Virus genome (UHGV): UHGV-0153635
DNA: 44,021 nt
From: a virus
Direction: 5' to 3' (one strand)
In this document: piece after piece, positions 17,056-26,167 of the stretch
How the letters are laid out: each line of letters opens with the position of its first letter
Position numbering within the stretch: position 1 is the stretch's first letter
Program-made: the position numbers and the translations under genes
The notes under the pieces: model-generated
The model's database searches: none
Seen by the model: the letters and a program-made list of their open reading frames with translations, nothing else
What the model was told of the DNA's origin: nothing

Positions 17056-19723
17056 ACAGCCAACTGCGGAAGTTCTCTTCCAAGTACTTCTTACGTGATG
17101 GCTGCGCCTGCTTGTACGCTGGTTGTGCACGCAGAGTCTGCCAGGCCTTACCCTCGGCTTCGGAGACCGGGTACTGGTAAGCCCCTACAGGTTGCTTCTG
17201 CGCTTTACGAACCTGCGCTACTGCTTCTGCTACTGGAGCAGAACTACCGTTACCGCCGTGATAGTTCAGGTCAAACATAACCTTCATGGCTTCATCTGTT
17301 GCTGGTAAAGCGTTAGACTTAAGCTGCTTCTGCACGGCCGGGAGGTACTGCTTCTCCATGCTGGTCTTCAGCACAGACACAGCCCAGGCTGGTGTAAGCT
17401 CCTTAGGAACAGGCATACCGGACTTGTCATGCAGGCCAAAGCCTACGCTACCATTGCCCTTCTTAGCCCTGTATCCTTCGAACTGCATGGTATTAGCTGT
17501 AATCTCAGAGAACAGGTTCGGGTCTACACCAACAGTGTTCTTCCCATCCACGTTCATCTGCACAGTACGCCCGTTGTCATGGTCGTAGAAAGTTGCTGGT
17601 CTAGAGCCTACAGCGGTGCTGCCAATCTTGACACCGCCAGCCAGGGCCTTGTCATAACCTTCCTGAGCCAGTTCTTGTACCTGTGAGTTGTTGATGCTGA
17701 CGTTATGCATTAAGCCATCAGTATCAATTACAGTAGCAGTGAGGTTCTGCCCACGGGAACCAGCAGTCCCCGCCTGGATGATAACTTTCTGCACTTTACT
17801 AGGGTCTACAACGCCATCTACAGCATCTTGTACAGTCTGCTGCAACGCGGTGGTGTACTGCTGAGTATCCCCCTGATAGCTACCCATGAGGTCCTTCATA
17901 GAGGAGCCTGCTGGCAGGTACACATGCCGTGGCTTACCTGCTACGTCAATCTCAAGCTTACGTGCCTGGATGTTCCCAGCAAGCATAGTGCTGATATCCT
18001 CAGCGCTCTTACCTACCAGTGCCTCGGGGTTAGTACGGTACAGATAACGGTATTCCGCCTCCATAGCAGCACGCCCTTCCTGACGCTGCATATCCGCAGT
18101 GTCTCCGAAGCTGAACCAGTTAGCAGTGCCCTTGGCATCCAGCATATCCTCGGTAGGATTCACTGCTAGGTTGTTGTAGCGTCCAGAAGCCTTGTTCTGT
18201 GAGAGTCTGCGGATATCATCCAGCATGATGTTGCTGGCGTTACTAGGCCCCTGAGAGGCTGCGCGCTGCACTACGCCCTTCCAATCCCCCGGTACAGAGT
18301 CCAGCAGCGCCATCTTGCCTACATCAGTGCTTTGTTGGTACATCTGCACCCATGTAGCGATGGTAGCTTGGTTCTCTGCGGAGATTTGCCCATCCTCTCC
18401 GAGCTGGTCCAGACTCGCTAAGGTATTAGACAGGTTCTTGGACATACGAGACTGTGCAGTCTGAATAGCCCACGGGTCCTTACTGGATGCTCCGTACTGC
18501 GCTAGCAGGATGTTACCTTGCGCTGTATCAGGGAACTGCCCCAGGACTTGGTTACGAGCCTTATCGACGTCTCCGCCGAACATACCTGCCAGTACCGTGG
18601 TGGGCGCATTACTAGAGATTACGTTCTGTAGCGCGTACTTAGCAGACGCCTGCTCACGCAGCTTGTTGGCACTATCCCAGATTTCCATCTGAGTGCCTGG
18701 GCTGAGCACATCCATCTTGCCGTACTTAATTAACTCTGCACGGATAGTCTGCATACCTTGCTCTTGCTCCTCAGGGGAAGCACTTTGCAGAATCTGCAAC
18801 TGGTCCGATATATTAAAACGTACCTCAGATTCAAGCTGAGCGCCTGCGCGCTTAAACTCTGAGTACAGCGCCTTGTTAACCTCGACTGCGTTAACACCCA
18901 GCTCCCGTGTAGCGAGTTGCTGTAGCTTGTCGATGAGCATAGGGTCTGTCGTGTTCTGAGCGATACTAACCAGGTAGTTCTTAGCACGGTCCAGCTTCTT
19001 ATCTTTGTCCAGGTGCGCAGCGCCTAGGATAGCTTCCATACCGCCCATCACAGCGCCCTCGGCAGCGCCTGCTTGCCCCTGCTCGATACGCGCGTAGAAC
19101 TCATCAGAGCTAGCGCTCAGGTTCTTATCTAAGGCACGGTCAGCTTGTACTACAGCGAACTCTGCACGCCCTTTCTGGAACGCTACGTAGTTGCCTGCGC
19201 TGGTCATTTGCAACTGCTTCAGGGCGGCTGCTTGGGACTGCTTATCCATCTTAGGGAGGTACAGTCCGAGCTTATCTTGCATCTGCTGTACGTACTTCTG
19301 CTCCTGCTGATGGAACTCCTGGTCAGACATTCCAGACAGCGCTGCATCACTAGCACGCTTAACAGAATCAGCTTTCCACCGGGCTAGCTCCCCGCTAGCC
19401 GCAGCTTGTAAGTACCCTTCCTGGTAATACCCCCGGAGCAGGAACCCTTGCTTCTTAACGTTCTCGTCCAGTTCCCCGGCAGCATCCATAGAGCCTTGAG
19501 CATCCATAGCGCCACGTACAGCAGCCTTAGCGCCCTCAGCTTCTACACCCTGCTGAAACCCTACTGTAAAATCCCCGAAGAACTTCTCTACTGCGGCCCT
19601 ACGATTCAGGGATGCCTGGTCAATAGTAGGAGCACCCACGCCTACAGCGAAGTCTACCTGAGAGGGTGCTAGCTCAGCAGCCCCCAGATTCAGGCCCTGT
19701 CGCTGTGTATTAATTACTGGCAT
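17039..19723 (-). CDS. internal virion protein (T7 gp15-like)
   Basis: 894 aa; position; ATG 19723 with GGGAG RBS. Confidence 0.65.
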   Translation of the reverse strand: MPVINTQRQGLNLGAAELAPSQVDFAVGVGAPTIDQASLNRRAAVEKFFGDFTVGFQQGVEAEGAKAAVRGAMDAQGSMDAAGELDENVKKQGFLLRGYYQEGYLQAAASGELARWKADSVKRASDAALSGMSDQEFHQQEQKYVQQMQDKLGLYLPKMDKQSQAAALKQLQMTSAGNYVAFQKGRAEFAVVQADRALDKNLSASSDEFYARIEQGQAGAAEGAVMGGMEAILGAAHLDKDKKLDRAKNYLVSIAQNTTDPMLIDKLQQLATRELGVNAVEVNKALYSEFKRAGAQLESEVRFNISDQLQILQSASPEEQEQGMQTIRAELIKYGKMDVLSPGTQMEIWDSANKLREQASAKYALQNVISSNAPTTVLAGMFGGDVDKARNQVLGQFPDTAQGNILLAQYGASSKDPWAIQTAQSRMSKNLSNTLASLDQLGEDGQISAENQATIATWVQMYQQSTDVGKMALLDSVPGDWKGVVQRAASQGPSNASNIMLDDIRRLSQNKASGRYNNLAVNPTEDMLDAKGTANWFSFGDTADMQRQEGRAAMEAEYRYLYRTNPEALVGKSAEDISTMLAGNIQARKLEIDVAGKPRHVYLPAGSSMKDLMGSYQGDTQQYTTALQQTVQDAVDGVVDPSKVQKVIIQAGTAGSRGQNLTATVIDTDGLMHNVSINNSQVQELAQEGYDKALAGGVKIGSTAVGSRPATFYDHDNGRTVQMNVDGKNTVGVDPNLFSEITANTMQFEGYRAKKGNGSVGFGLHDKSGMPVPKELTPAWAVSVLKTSMEKQYLPAVQKQLKSNALPATDEAMKVMFDLNYHGGNGSSAPVAEAVAQVRKAQKQPVGAYQYPVSEAEGKAWQTLRAQPAYKQAQPSRKKYLEENFRSWLYGTRF

Positions 19724-19724
19724 A

Positions 19725-20345
19725 TTAGTTGCTCCCTAAATAGCTTTTCCAGGATTGTACTTGCCCACTGTTACCGCCGCTACCTTGACTACCCCACAGG
19801 TCATAACCAGTTGAGTTGGTGCTCTGTGTATTTGCAGCGCCGCTGGACTCTCCGCTGGAACTGCCCAGGCTACTCATAGCCCCACCAGCATACTGCCCAG
19901 CCATCTGACCACCCATACTGAGCAGTCCGTTCCAGAGCTTATCAGAACCGCTCTCCCAGTCCATGCGTGCACTGGTGTCGTCAATGGCGCGGTCTACCTG
20001 TAACCGCAGTTGTTCCTCAGTCTGAGCTTGCTGACGGTTAATGGAGGACGTTTGACGGTCCTCCTGAATATTAACTGTGCTAACAGCATCTTGTACGGAA
20101 GCGCCAATAGTATCTGAAGCAGCGGACTGCAAACCAATCTGTGAGCGTACCTGGTCAGCTTGGAGTTGTGTATTGTAAAGGGCTTGCGCAGTGCGCTGGC
20201 GGGAGGCTGTACGGTTCAGGTTAATCTGAGTTACACCTTTAGCCAGTTGCGTCATAGCCGCTGTATTTTGAGCTTTGGAGGCTTTCATCTCAGACCCGGC
20301 CCCAAGAACCGCTTTCGCTGCCATAGCAGCAACCACCCACCACAT
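19725..20345 (-). CDS. internal virion protein (T7 gp14-like)
   Basis: 206 aa; hydrophobic N-terminus; position between tail tubular B and gp15-like. Confidence 0.55.
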   Translation of the reverse strand: MWWVVAAMAAKAVLGAGSEMKASKAQNTAAMTQLAKGVTQINLNRTASRQRTAQALYNTQLQADQVRSQIGLQSAASDTIGASVQDAVSTVNIQEDRQTSSINRQQAQTEEQLRLQVDRAIDDTSARMDWESGSDKLWNGLLSMGGQMAGQYAGGAMSSLGSSSGESSGAANTQSTNSTGYDLWGSQGSGGNSGQVQSWKSYLGSN

Positions 20346-20347
20346 AA

Positions 20348-22708
20348 TTAAACCCTCTGTCTGCGTTGGTTGTATCTAAGGATGTACGAAACATCCAGCA
20401 CGTTCATCTCTTGAGTACCGGACGTACTGAGAGTTACCTCGGTTGTATCTGAGTTAGTACGGCAAGGGATTATAATGTTTCCTAAGTCAGCCTTGAGCGG
20501 AAGCCCCGGGGCTAGTTCTTTAGAGTTCATTAGCACCCCTGATACTTCGTCAGTTGTATCTACATCCCGAGTAGTATCTAGCACCTCTACGTCAAAGTCC
20601 CCGGAGCTGCGGATAGCTACATCCAGGCGCAGTAAACGTACGTGCCCAGAGCCTACGAGGTTGTCATTCTGGTCCTTCAGCATAGGCGGCGTAAGCTTCG
20701 CCAGAGCCTCTGTACGTAGTCCTACGTAGTAGCTACCGTCCGGTACACCCCGAACTGTTTGAACGTTCCAAGAGGCGTCCAGGCCGCTTAAACCGAGTTC
20801 TGAACCTGCTGCTGTAGCATCCTCTTTATAAGCCAGAGCAATGTCCTCTACGGTAATACCGGGGAAGCGTAGTGCCGCTGGTAAAGAGAAGCTGCGACTG
20901 CTTACTGCAACTGCCAGGGGCAGGTCCACGTACGGGTAATCATAAGCTGCACCAGCAACGAAACCCTCACGCGGGTCTACTTGCAGGGCCTGTACGTTCC
21001 CGTTAGCCCCGCGTACAAACAAGTACATAAGCTCGGACTGTGCGTGCATATTCAGTATCGTAGCAGGGAGTACCCACTTGTGATAAGCTGCCTGAGACTT
21101 AGCCCCATCAGAACCCCACAGGAACTCATACACCAACAGGGCATTACGCTCCCCAGAGTACCTGAAGAACCCGATGTTCGTAACGCTGGAAACATCCATA
21201 CTCATAATACGCCCTGGGATGTACTTCGGTAAATGCACTGTAGCATCCTGAGAGACGTACTGCGAGGATGTGTAAGCCGAGGGGATGAACTCTAGCAACC
21301 CAGCGTAGTTCTGATTGCGTCTGTTGGCATACAGAACAGTCTGCCCTGTAACGATAGGAGATACCCTGCTGTCACAGGAGAACTCTGAGGTTAGGGTTAT
21401 GCTGGCGTTAGTGGGGGTAAGCGCATTCCCACCCGGAACTACAGCCTGCATACTATCCCCGAACACTACCAGGTCCCGGTTGAACTGTAGAGCTGTACGG
21501 AACACGGAGTCCTGCGCTGAGGCAGAGGCAATGTCTATACGGTCTGTATCCAGCAAGGAGGTCACTGTACTGCGGTAGAAGCGCTGATACAAGCCGCTAG
21601 CGCTCATGCAGATACTCGCCCCAGAGAGCAGGACCAGCCTGCCCTGGAACGCTGCAATACCTGTGATGTACCCGTTCTCTACAAATGCAGGGTCTTCGTT
21701 AGTATCGTCGTCGCCCGCTAATCGCCCCTCGAAGTTGCGCACGATAATATTATCATCAGCTGCCAGTTCCAGAGGCATATTAGAGATGCTACTGATACTA
21801 CCGTAAGCTCCAGCTTCTTCCCAGGTTCTGGTGCTGTAATCGTACTTGTACCAAGTAGCATCCGACCCCGCCTGCCCTACTCTGCACATAGCCCCGTCAG
21901 CAATACTCGGGAGGGCTGCTGGTAAGTCCGATTCTTGGTCCACTCTGCTTTGATTAGACCACGTAGCATAAGTAGTGCCAGAGCTAGAAGTAACCACCAG
22001 GTTAGGCAGGCCACTAATGAAGATACAAGCCCCGGATGAGTCTCGGGTTACTGTACCACCCGCAGCCTCTACTGCTGCACGTATACCGCTGCTCCAACCG
22101 TTGCCACCATCCACCAGGTTCTGCGTAATCGTAGACGCTGCTGCATCCTCTGCGCTAGCCCCAGTGCTAATGTTAGAGTAGCCCGTCACGGAGCCACCTG
22201 TCCAGGACACTGAGATTTCCCAGCGCTTGCCGAAGGCTGCTGTATTCACCCGGAAGAACCCTGTGGTAGTAGGGTTGAGCTTGCCAGTGTTACTTACTGT
22301 AGTAACAGGTTGCTTCTCTGTGTTCAGGATGTAGGTCAGGCCATTGATGCTTGCGGTCTGAATACTAGTAGCCCCGATACTGGTCTGCAAGTACGAACTA
22401 GTACCGGAGTTAATTAGAGTACCTGTATCCTTACTCAGCAACTGCCAGTAACCTGTCTGCGTATTAATCAGCAAGTGCCTGCCGTCTGTACCACGCTCTA
22501 TGTAAGCGGTGAACAGGAAGTCATCGGCAGGGGATACCATACTGGTTAAGCTCACGCTGCGTGCCGGAGGTCTGCGGCGCAACCCAGTAACCGGGTCACA
22601 GAGCATGTTCTGTAAAGCGCCTAACTGCCCAGGCTGGCGCTCTCGTGGAATCTGTTGGGACACACCCTGCAATAAGCTGGGCAGAGTGCCCTCGTATGTT
22701 TTCGCCAA
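20348..22708 (-). CDS. tail tubular protein B (T7 gp12-like)
   Basis: 786 aa; TTG start with AGGAGA RBS; position after tail tubular A. Confidence 0.8.
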   Translation of the reverse strand: MAKTYEGTLPSLLQGVSQQIPRERQPGQLGALQNMLCDPVTGLRRRPPARSVSLTSMVSPADDFLFTAYIERGTDGRHLLINTQTGYWQLLSKDTGTLINSGTSSYLQTSIGATSIQTASINGLTYILNTEKQPVTTVSNTGKLNPTTTGFFRVNTAAFGKRWEISVSWTGGSVTGYSNISTGASAEDAAASTITQNLVDGGNGWSSGIRAAVEAAGGTVTRDSSGACIFISGLPNLVVTSSSGTTYATWSNQSRVDQESDLPAALPSIADGAMCRVGQAGSDATWYKYDYSTRTWEEAGAYGSISSISNMPLELAADDNIIVRNFEGRLAGDDDTNEDPAFVENGYITGIAAFQGRLVLLSGASICMSASGLYQRFYRSTVTSLLDTDRIDIASASAQDSVFRTALQFNRDLVVFGDSMQAVVPGGNALTPTNASITLTSEFSCDSRVSPIVTGQTVLYANRRNQNYAGLLEFIPSAYTSSQYVSQDATVHLPKYIPGRIMSMDVSSVTNIGFFRYSGERNALLVYEFLWGSDGAKSQAAYHKWVLPATILNMHAQSELMYLFVRGANGNVQALQVDPREGFVAGAAYDYPYVDLPLAVAVSSRSFSLPAALRFPGITVEDIALAYKEDATAAGSELGLSGLDASWNVQTVRGVPDGSYYVGLRTEALAKLTPPMLKDQNDNLVGSGHVRLLRLDVAIRSSGDFDVEVLDTTRDVDTTDEVSGVLMNSKELAPGLPLKADLGNIIIPCRTNSDTTEVTLSTSGTQEMNVLDVSYILRYNQRRQRV

Positions 22709-22723
22709 GGGTGTATCTCCTAG

Positions 22724-23284
22724 TTAGATGCGGAAGCCAGCGGCGATACGCCCGGCTGTACGGGTACGTGCAGTACTGTATTTCTGATTACGTAAGTGCT
22801 CTCGGTAGTTCAGGGACTCATACTCAGCAGCCTTAGCAACAAGCTCCTGATAGTTCCCGTCAGCACCAAGGTCATTCAGATACACCTCCGCTGCGGTAGC
22901 ATAAGCTACCCACATAGCGCAGTGCTCTGGCAGGTCCTCGAACTCTATGTCCAGTGTAATCTTTAGATGCACCGTATCCGTGAATACTTTAGTCTGGTCC
23001 GCAAGGTTGTACAGAACCCCGTCACGCTCGCCGTACTTCTCGTTAGTGCAGCTATCATACAGAGACAATTGCGCCCAAGGCACGTTAATGAAGCCCGTAG
23101 TAGTCGTAGGCGTAGCGTCGCGGTAGATGGTGTTGAACCAAAATCCAGTAGCAATAGCACCTTTACGGGTACGGTTCAGGGCTGCACGAGCAAGCCCAGC
23201 AGTGGGGTTGCTTGTGTTGATGTCAACTATACGAGATTCCCCGAGGGCTTCGATAGTGACGTTTACAGCATCAATCTCCCTCAT
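22724..23284 (-). CDS. tail tubular protein A (T7 gp11-like)
   Basis: 186 aa; position after capsid and terminator. Confidence 0.75.
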   Translation of the reverse strand: MREIDAVNVTIEALGESRIVDINTSNPTAGLARAALNRTRKGAIATGFWFNTIYRDATPTTTTGFINVPWAQLSLYDSCTNEKYGERDGVLYNLADQTKVFTDTVHLKITLDIEFEDLPEHCAMWVAYATAAEVYLNDLGADGNYQELVAKAAEYESLNYREHLRNQKYSTARTRTAGRIAAGFRI

Positions 23285-23516
23285 TAGGGCATCTCCTGTT
23301 TGATTAAAAGGGTTGTGGCTGGAAGTTACTTTACTACTCCCCGCATTCCGGGGGACCTATTACCAGGGACCAACAGTGTCTTGCCTCTTTGAACAAGATT
23401 GCACCCCTGAACCATTTAACAACGTTGCGTATGCACCACAACGGAAAGAGCACTGCATGGTTTTACCATTACATCCGAGGATTTATCTGGTGTAGTCAAT
23501 GCTCTTACCTGTTGTA

Positions 23517-23576
23517 GTTTCTGAGGCCCAGAAACGAAAAAAGCCCCGTACCTCCAGTTAAGGAAGCACGGGGCTT
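23517..23576 (-). terminator. intrinsic terminator downstream of the capsid gene (T-phi analogue), two tandem hairpins
   Basis: Minus strand: stem AGCCCCGT/ACGGGGCT followed by TTTTTT, then second stem GTTTCTG/CAGAAAC. Confidence 0.6.
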
Positions 23577-23580
23577 GGGT

Positions 23581-23799
23581 TTACTCTGAGGCTTTCGCAG
23601 CCTTCTTAGCTTTCTTTTGAACAGGTGCAATCTCAGCACCTAGCTCCTTACTCAACAGCTCTTGCACCGCAGCCAGCACTTCTTCTGTAGTCGCCTCAGT
23701 ACCAAGGCGCTTCAGAGCTACCTCAATCTTAGGCAGCGCCAGCAGAGCCTGCTGGCGCTTAGTGCTAGGGCGGCTGCTGAAACTAGCTAGAACAGCCAT
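23581..23799 (-). CDS. small Lys/Ala-rich protein (72 aa) directly after the capsid gene in the -1 frame
   Basis: ATG 23799 with AGGGG RBS, 12 nt past the capsid stop. Confidence 0.45.
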   Translation of the reverse strand: MAVLASFSSRPSTKRQQALLALPKIEVALKRLGTEATTEEVLAAVQELLSKELGAEIAPVQKKAKKAAKASE

Positions 23800-23810
23800 C
23801 TTAGCCCCTA

Positions 23811-24806
23811 TTAAGAGAAGGTGAATTTAGCTACTGCTGCGGTGTCCGGACGACGCTCACCAACGTTATACATAGCGTAGCAATCCAGTACATTCGCGAA
23901 GTTCTCCTGATCATCCCAGATACGGGAAGTGAATGGCTTAGCTTCGACAGTTACCAGTGTCTTGGACTTGCTGAACGTAACCATACGGCAGTTAGCATCG
24001 TCTGCGGTAACGGTGAATGCAGAGCCCAATGGGTGCGTACCAGCAGCAGTAGGGAACTCGGTGCATTCTACAACCGGGATACCGTTCATCTTAACTACGC
24101 GACGGTTCTTGTAACCATCTTCATTGGTCATACCGAAGTCGCGGTCGAACAGCTTCGGATGCTCCAGCAGCATAGAGTAAGTATCTACGTCAACCAGAGT
24201 AACCATATCCGCCAGCGGAACCTTACGCTTAATCAGCTCATCAATACCAGCTTTATGCGCGAGGTTAATAGCCTCGGCGTTAGCTTCACGAGCAGCCTGG
24301 TCAGCAGGGGTAGCGTCTACAGTTACTGGGATTTCGATACCATCACTGAACGCAGGCTTCAGGTGCGCAGGAGCAACCCAGGAACGGCCCTTGATGAGCT
24401 GAATCAGGTGCGCCTGGTCGAAGGTCTCTGCGAACTCAGAGCCGTTGTTCTGACCCATCTCAGTTAGGAAATCGGGAGCAGTCCAATCGTCCTGGTAGTC
24501 AATAGGGTTACGGATGTACAGCACGGTCTCGACAGTGATAATCATCTTGTCGTTACGTACTGGGGTCGGGTCCAGAGCTACGCCAGAGGTACGGCCCTTA
24601 ACGGTGCTGGTGTTCAGACGGTCAATACGGTACGTGTTAGAGCGGTCAGCGGTAGAGCGCTGGGTAGACAGTCCCAGGAAGATAGCCTGGTACTGGAAAC
24701 GTGTATCCACTTCGTTCTGGTAGACCTCTAAATGCAGATCCACATCAGAAGCAGCCCCACCCCAGTGTGGGCGGGTCAGGTTTCCAGTGTACGCTGTGTT
24801 GGCCAT
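23811..24806 (-). CDS. major capsid protein
   Basis: 331 aa; between scaffold and T-phi-like terminator; ATG 24806 with AAGGAA RBS. Confidence 0.8.
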   Translation of the reverse strand: MANTAYTGNLTRPHWGGAASDVDLHLEVYQNEVDTRFQYQAIFLGLSTQRSTADRSNTYRIDRLNTSTVKGRTSGVALDPTPVRNDKMIITVETVLYIRNPIDYQDDWTAPDFLTEMGQNNGSEFAETFDQAHLIQLIKGRSWVAPAHLKPAFSDGIEIPVTVDATPADQAAREANAEAINLAHKAGIDELIKRKVPLADMVTLVDVDTYSMLLEHPKLFDRDFGMTNEDGYKNRRVVKMNGIPVVECTEFPTAAGTHPLGSAFTVTADDANCRMVTFSKSKTLVTVEAKPFTSRIWDDQENFANVLDCYAMYNVGERRPDTAAVAKFTFS

Positions 24807-24818
24807 GTTTTTAGTTCC

Positions 24819-25298
24819 TTATTTAAGAGTATGAGGCGATGCCGCCTCGTGATATTTAGCCTTAGCTGTTAGGTAGGCAGCTCTAGCGGCTTCGGGGGTC
24901 TTGAAATACCCAAAGTACACCAGCTTGCCATGACGCTTTAGACTTACCTTATAACGCCGCTCTGCGGGTATGTAGGTGTATCCCAAGTGTCGGCGGTTCT
25001 GCATGTTTTCGTAAGCGGTTACTAGTCGCAAGTTCTCTACGCGGTTGTTGAGTTTATCCCCGTCTATATGGTCAATCACCATACCATCCGGCACAGGGCC
25101 GTGGTGCAGGCACCAGACCACAATATGAGCCATTGTTGATAATTTACCACGACTTCCACGGTTCCAGCTAGCGCGTCTGTACCCGAAAGAGTTTACCTCT
25201 GTGTCCCCATAACGTCCCGTGCGCTTACTTCTAATACGCCCGGTTGACTGCTCGTATGAATACCTATCAAAGAACTCTACAGGTAGGTCCCTATACAT
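24819..25298 (-). CDS. HNH homing endonuclease (paralog family member 2)
   Basis: VIDHIDGDKLNNRVENLR...ENMQN; ATG 25298 overlaps scaffold stop. Confidence 0.8.
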   Translation of the reverse strand: MYRDLPVEFFDRYSYEQSTGRIRSKRTGRYGDTEVNSFGYRRASWNRGSRGKLSTMAHIVVWCLHHGPVPDGMVIDHIDGDKLNNRVENLRLVTAYENMQNRRHLGYTYIPAERRYKVSLKRHGKLVYFGYFKTPEAARAAYLTAKAKYHEAASPHTLK

Positions 25299-26152
25299 TA
25301 TAACCCCTTAGCTTTCCCCGCAGCTCTGCGTGATAACAGATTCTGATAGCGCTGGGCGAACTTAGGAGATTCTAAGCTACGATTCCCGGCCTCTTTGCGA
25401 AGTGCTAGGTACTCTTTAGAGAAGTCCGCTGCGGACAATGCACCGTCCAGAGCAGCACCTCCTTTGAGGATACCAGCTTCCTTAGCGATTAAACCCAGAC
25501 CTTGTACAGTCTCAACAACCAGTTTAGCAGCGCCAGCTACATCCCCAGAGTTAGCAAGAGCACGGGCAGCAGCTCGGACATGCTCAGACGCCTTAGCGTT
25601 GAACAGTTGCGATGCTGTCTCCCAGTTCTGCTTACCACCTACGAGGTCGTATGCCGCTGTAACCGCCCGCTGAGCCTGGCCTATCTGATCATCGAGGTAT
25701 GCCTTTGCAAGCAGCTCAGCGTACTGTGCATGCTCACCAAAGCGCTCTTTGATGAAGGCCGAGTCAATGAGATTCGGGTCGTTATACTCCACTGCTTTCC
25801 CAATAGCGCGAACCATGTCCGCATCATTGAGCTTTGACACCTGCTTCAACATGGCGATACCGGCGTCGATAGCTGGGTTCCCTGTCGTTGCGAGTTCTGT
25901 TTGAGCTTCTGCTTGAGGCTCTGCTGCTTCAGGCTTACCGTGCTTAGCCAGAGCCGCAGCTAACGCCTCCACATCAAAGGCGGGAGGCTCGGCACCCTGT
26001 GTTGGGGCTGCTGCCGTAGCTGCTTGTTCCTGCGGTACGCCCTGCATGTTCGGGGCTTTAGGACCGGGGCCGCCAGGAATCTTAGGGCCGCCTACGTTCT
26101 CTAGTACCGTTGTCTCTGGTGCCGCTGCTGCGGCGGTAGTAGTGTCTGTCAC
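25298..26152 (-). CDS. capsid assembly scaffolding protein
   Basis: 284 aa, Ala-rich and acidic; between portal and capsid; start is GTG in the track. Confidence 0.6.
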   Translation of the reverse strand: MTDTTTAAAAAPETTVLENVGGPKIPGGPGPKAPNMQGVPQEQAATAAAPTQGAEPPAFDVEALAAALAKHGKPEAAEPQAEAQTELATTGNPAIDAGIAMLKQVSKLNDADMVRAIGKAVEYNDPNLIDSAFIKERFGEHAQYAELLAKAYLDDQIGQAQRAVTAAYDLVGGKQNWETASQLFNAKASEHVRAAARALANSGDVAGAAKLVVETVQGLGLIAKEAGILKGGAALDGALSAADFSKEYLALRKEAGNRSLESPKFAQRYQNLLSRRAAGKAKGL

Positions 26153-26167
26153 ATTAACCTCGTTCTA

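Noticed and set aside
16663-17130. Full-length track ORF for the HNH gene starting at GTG 17130
   Set aside because: It would overlap the upstream gp15-like gene by about 90 nt with no RBS; a downstream ATG (17055) is more plausible, though the start remains uncertain.
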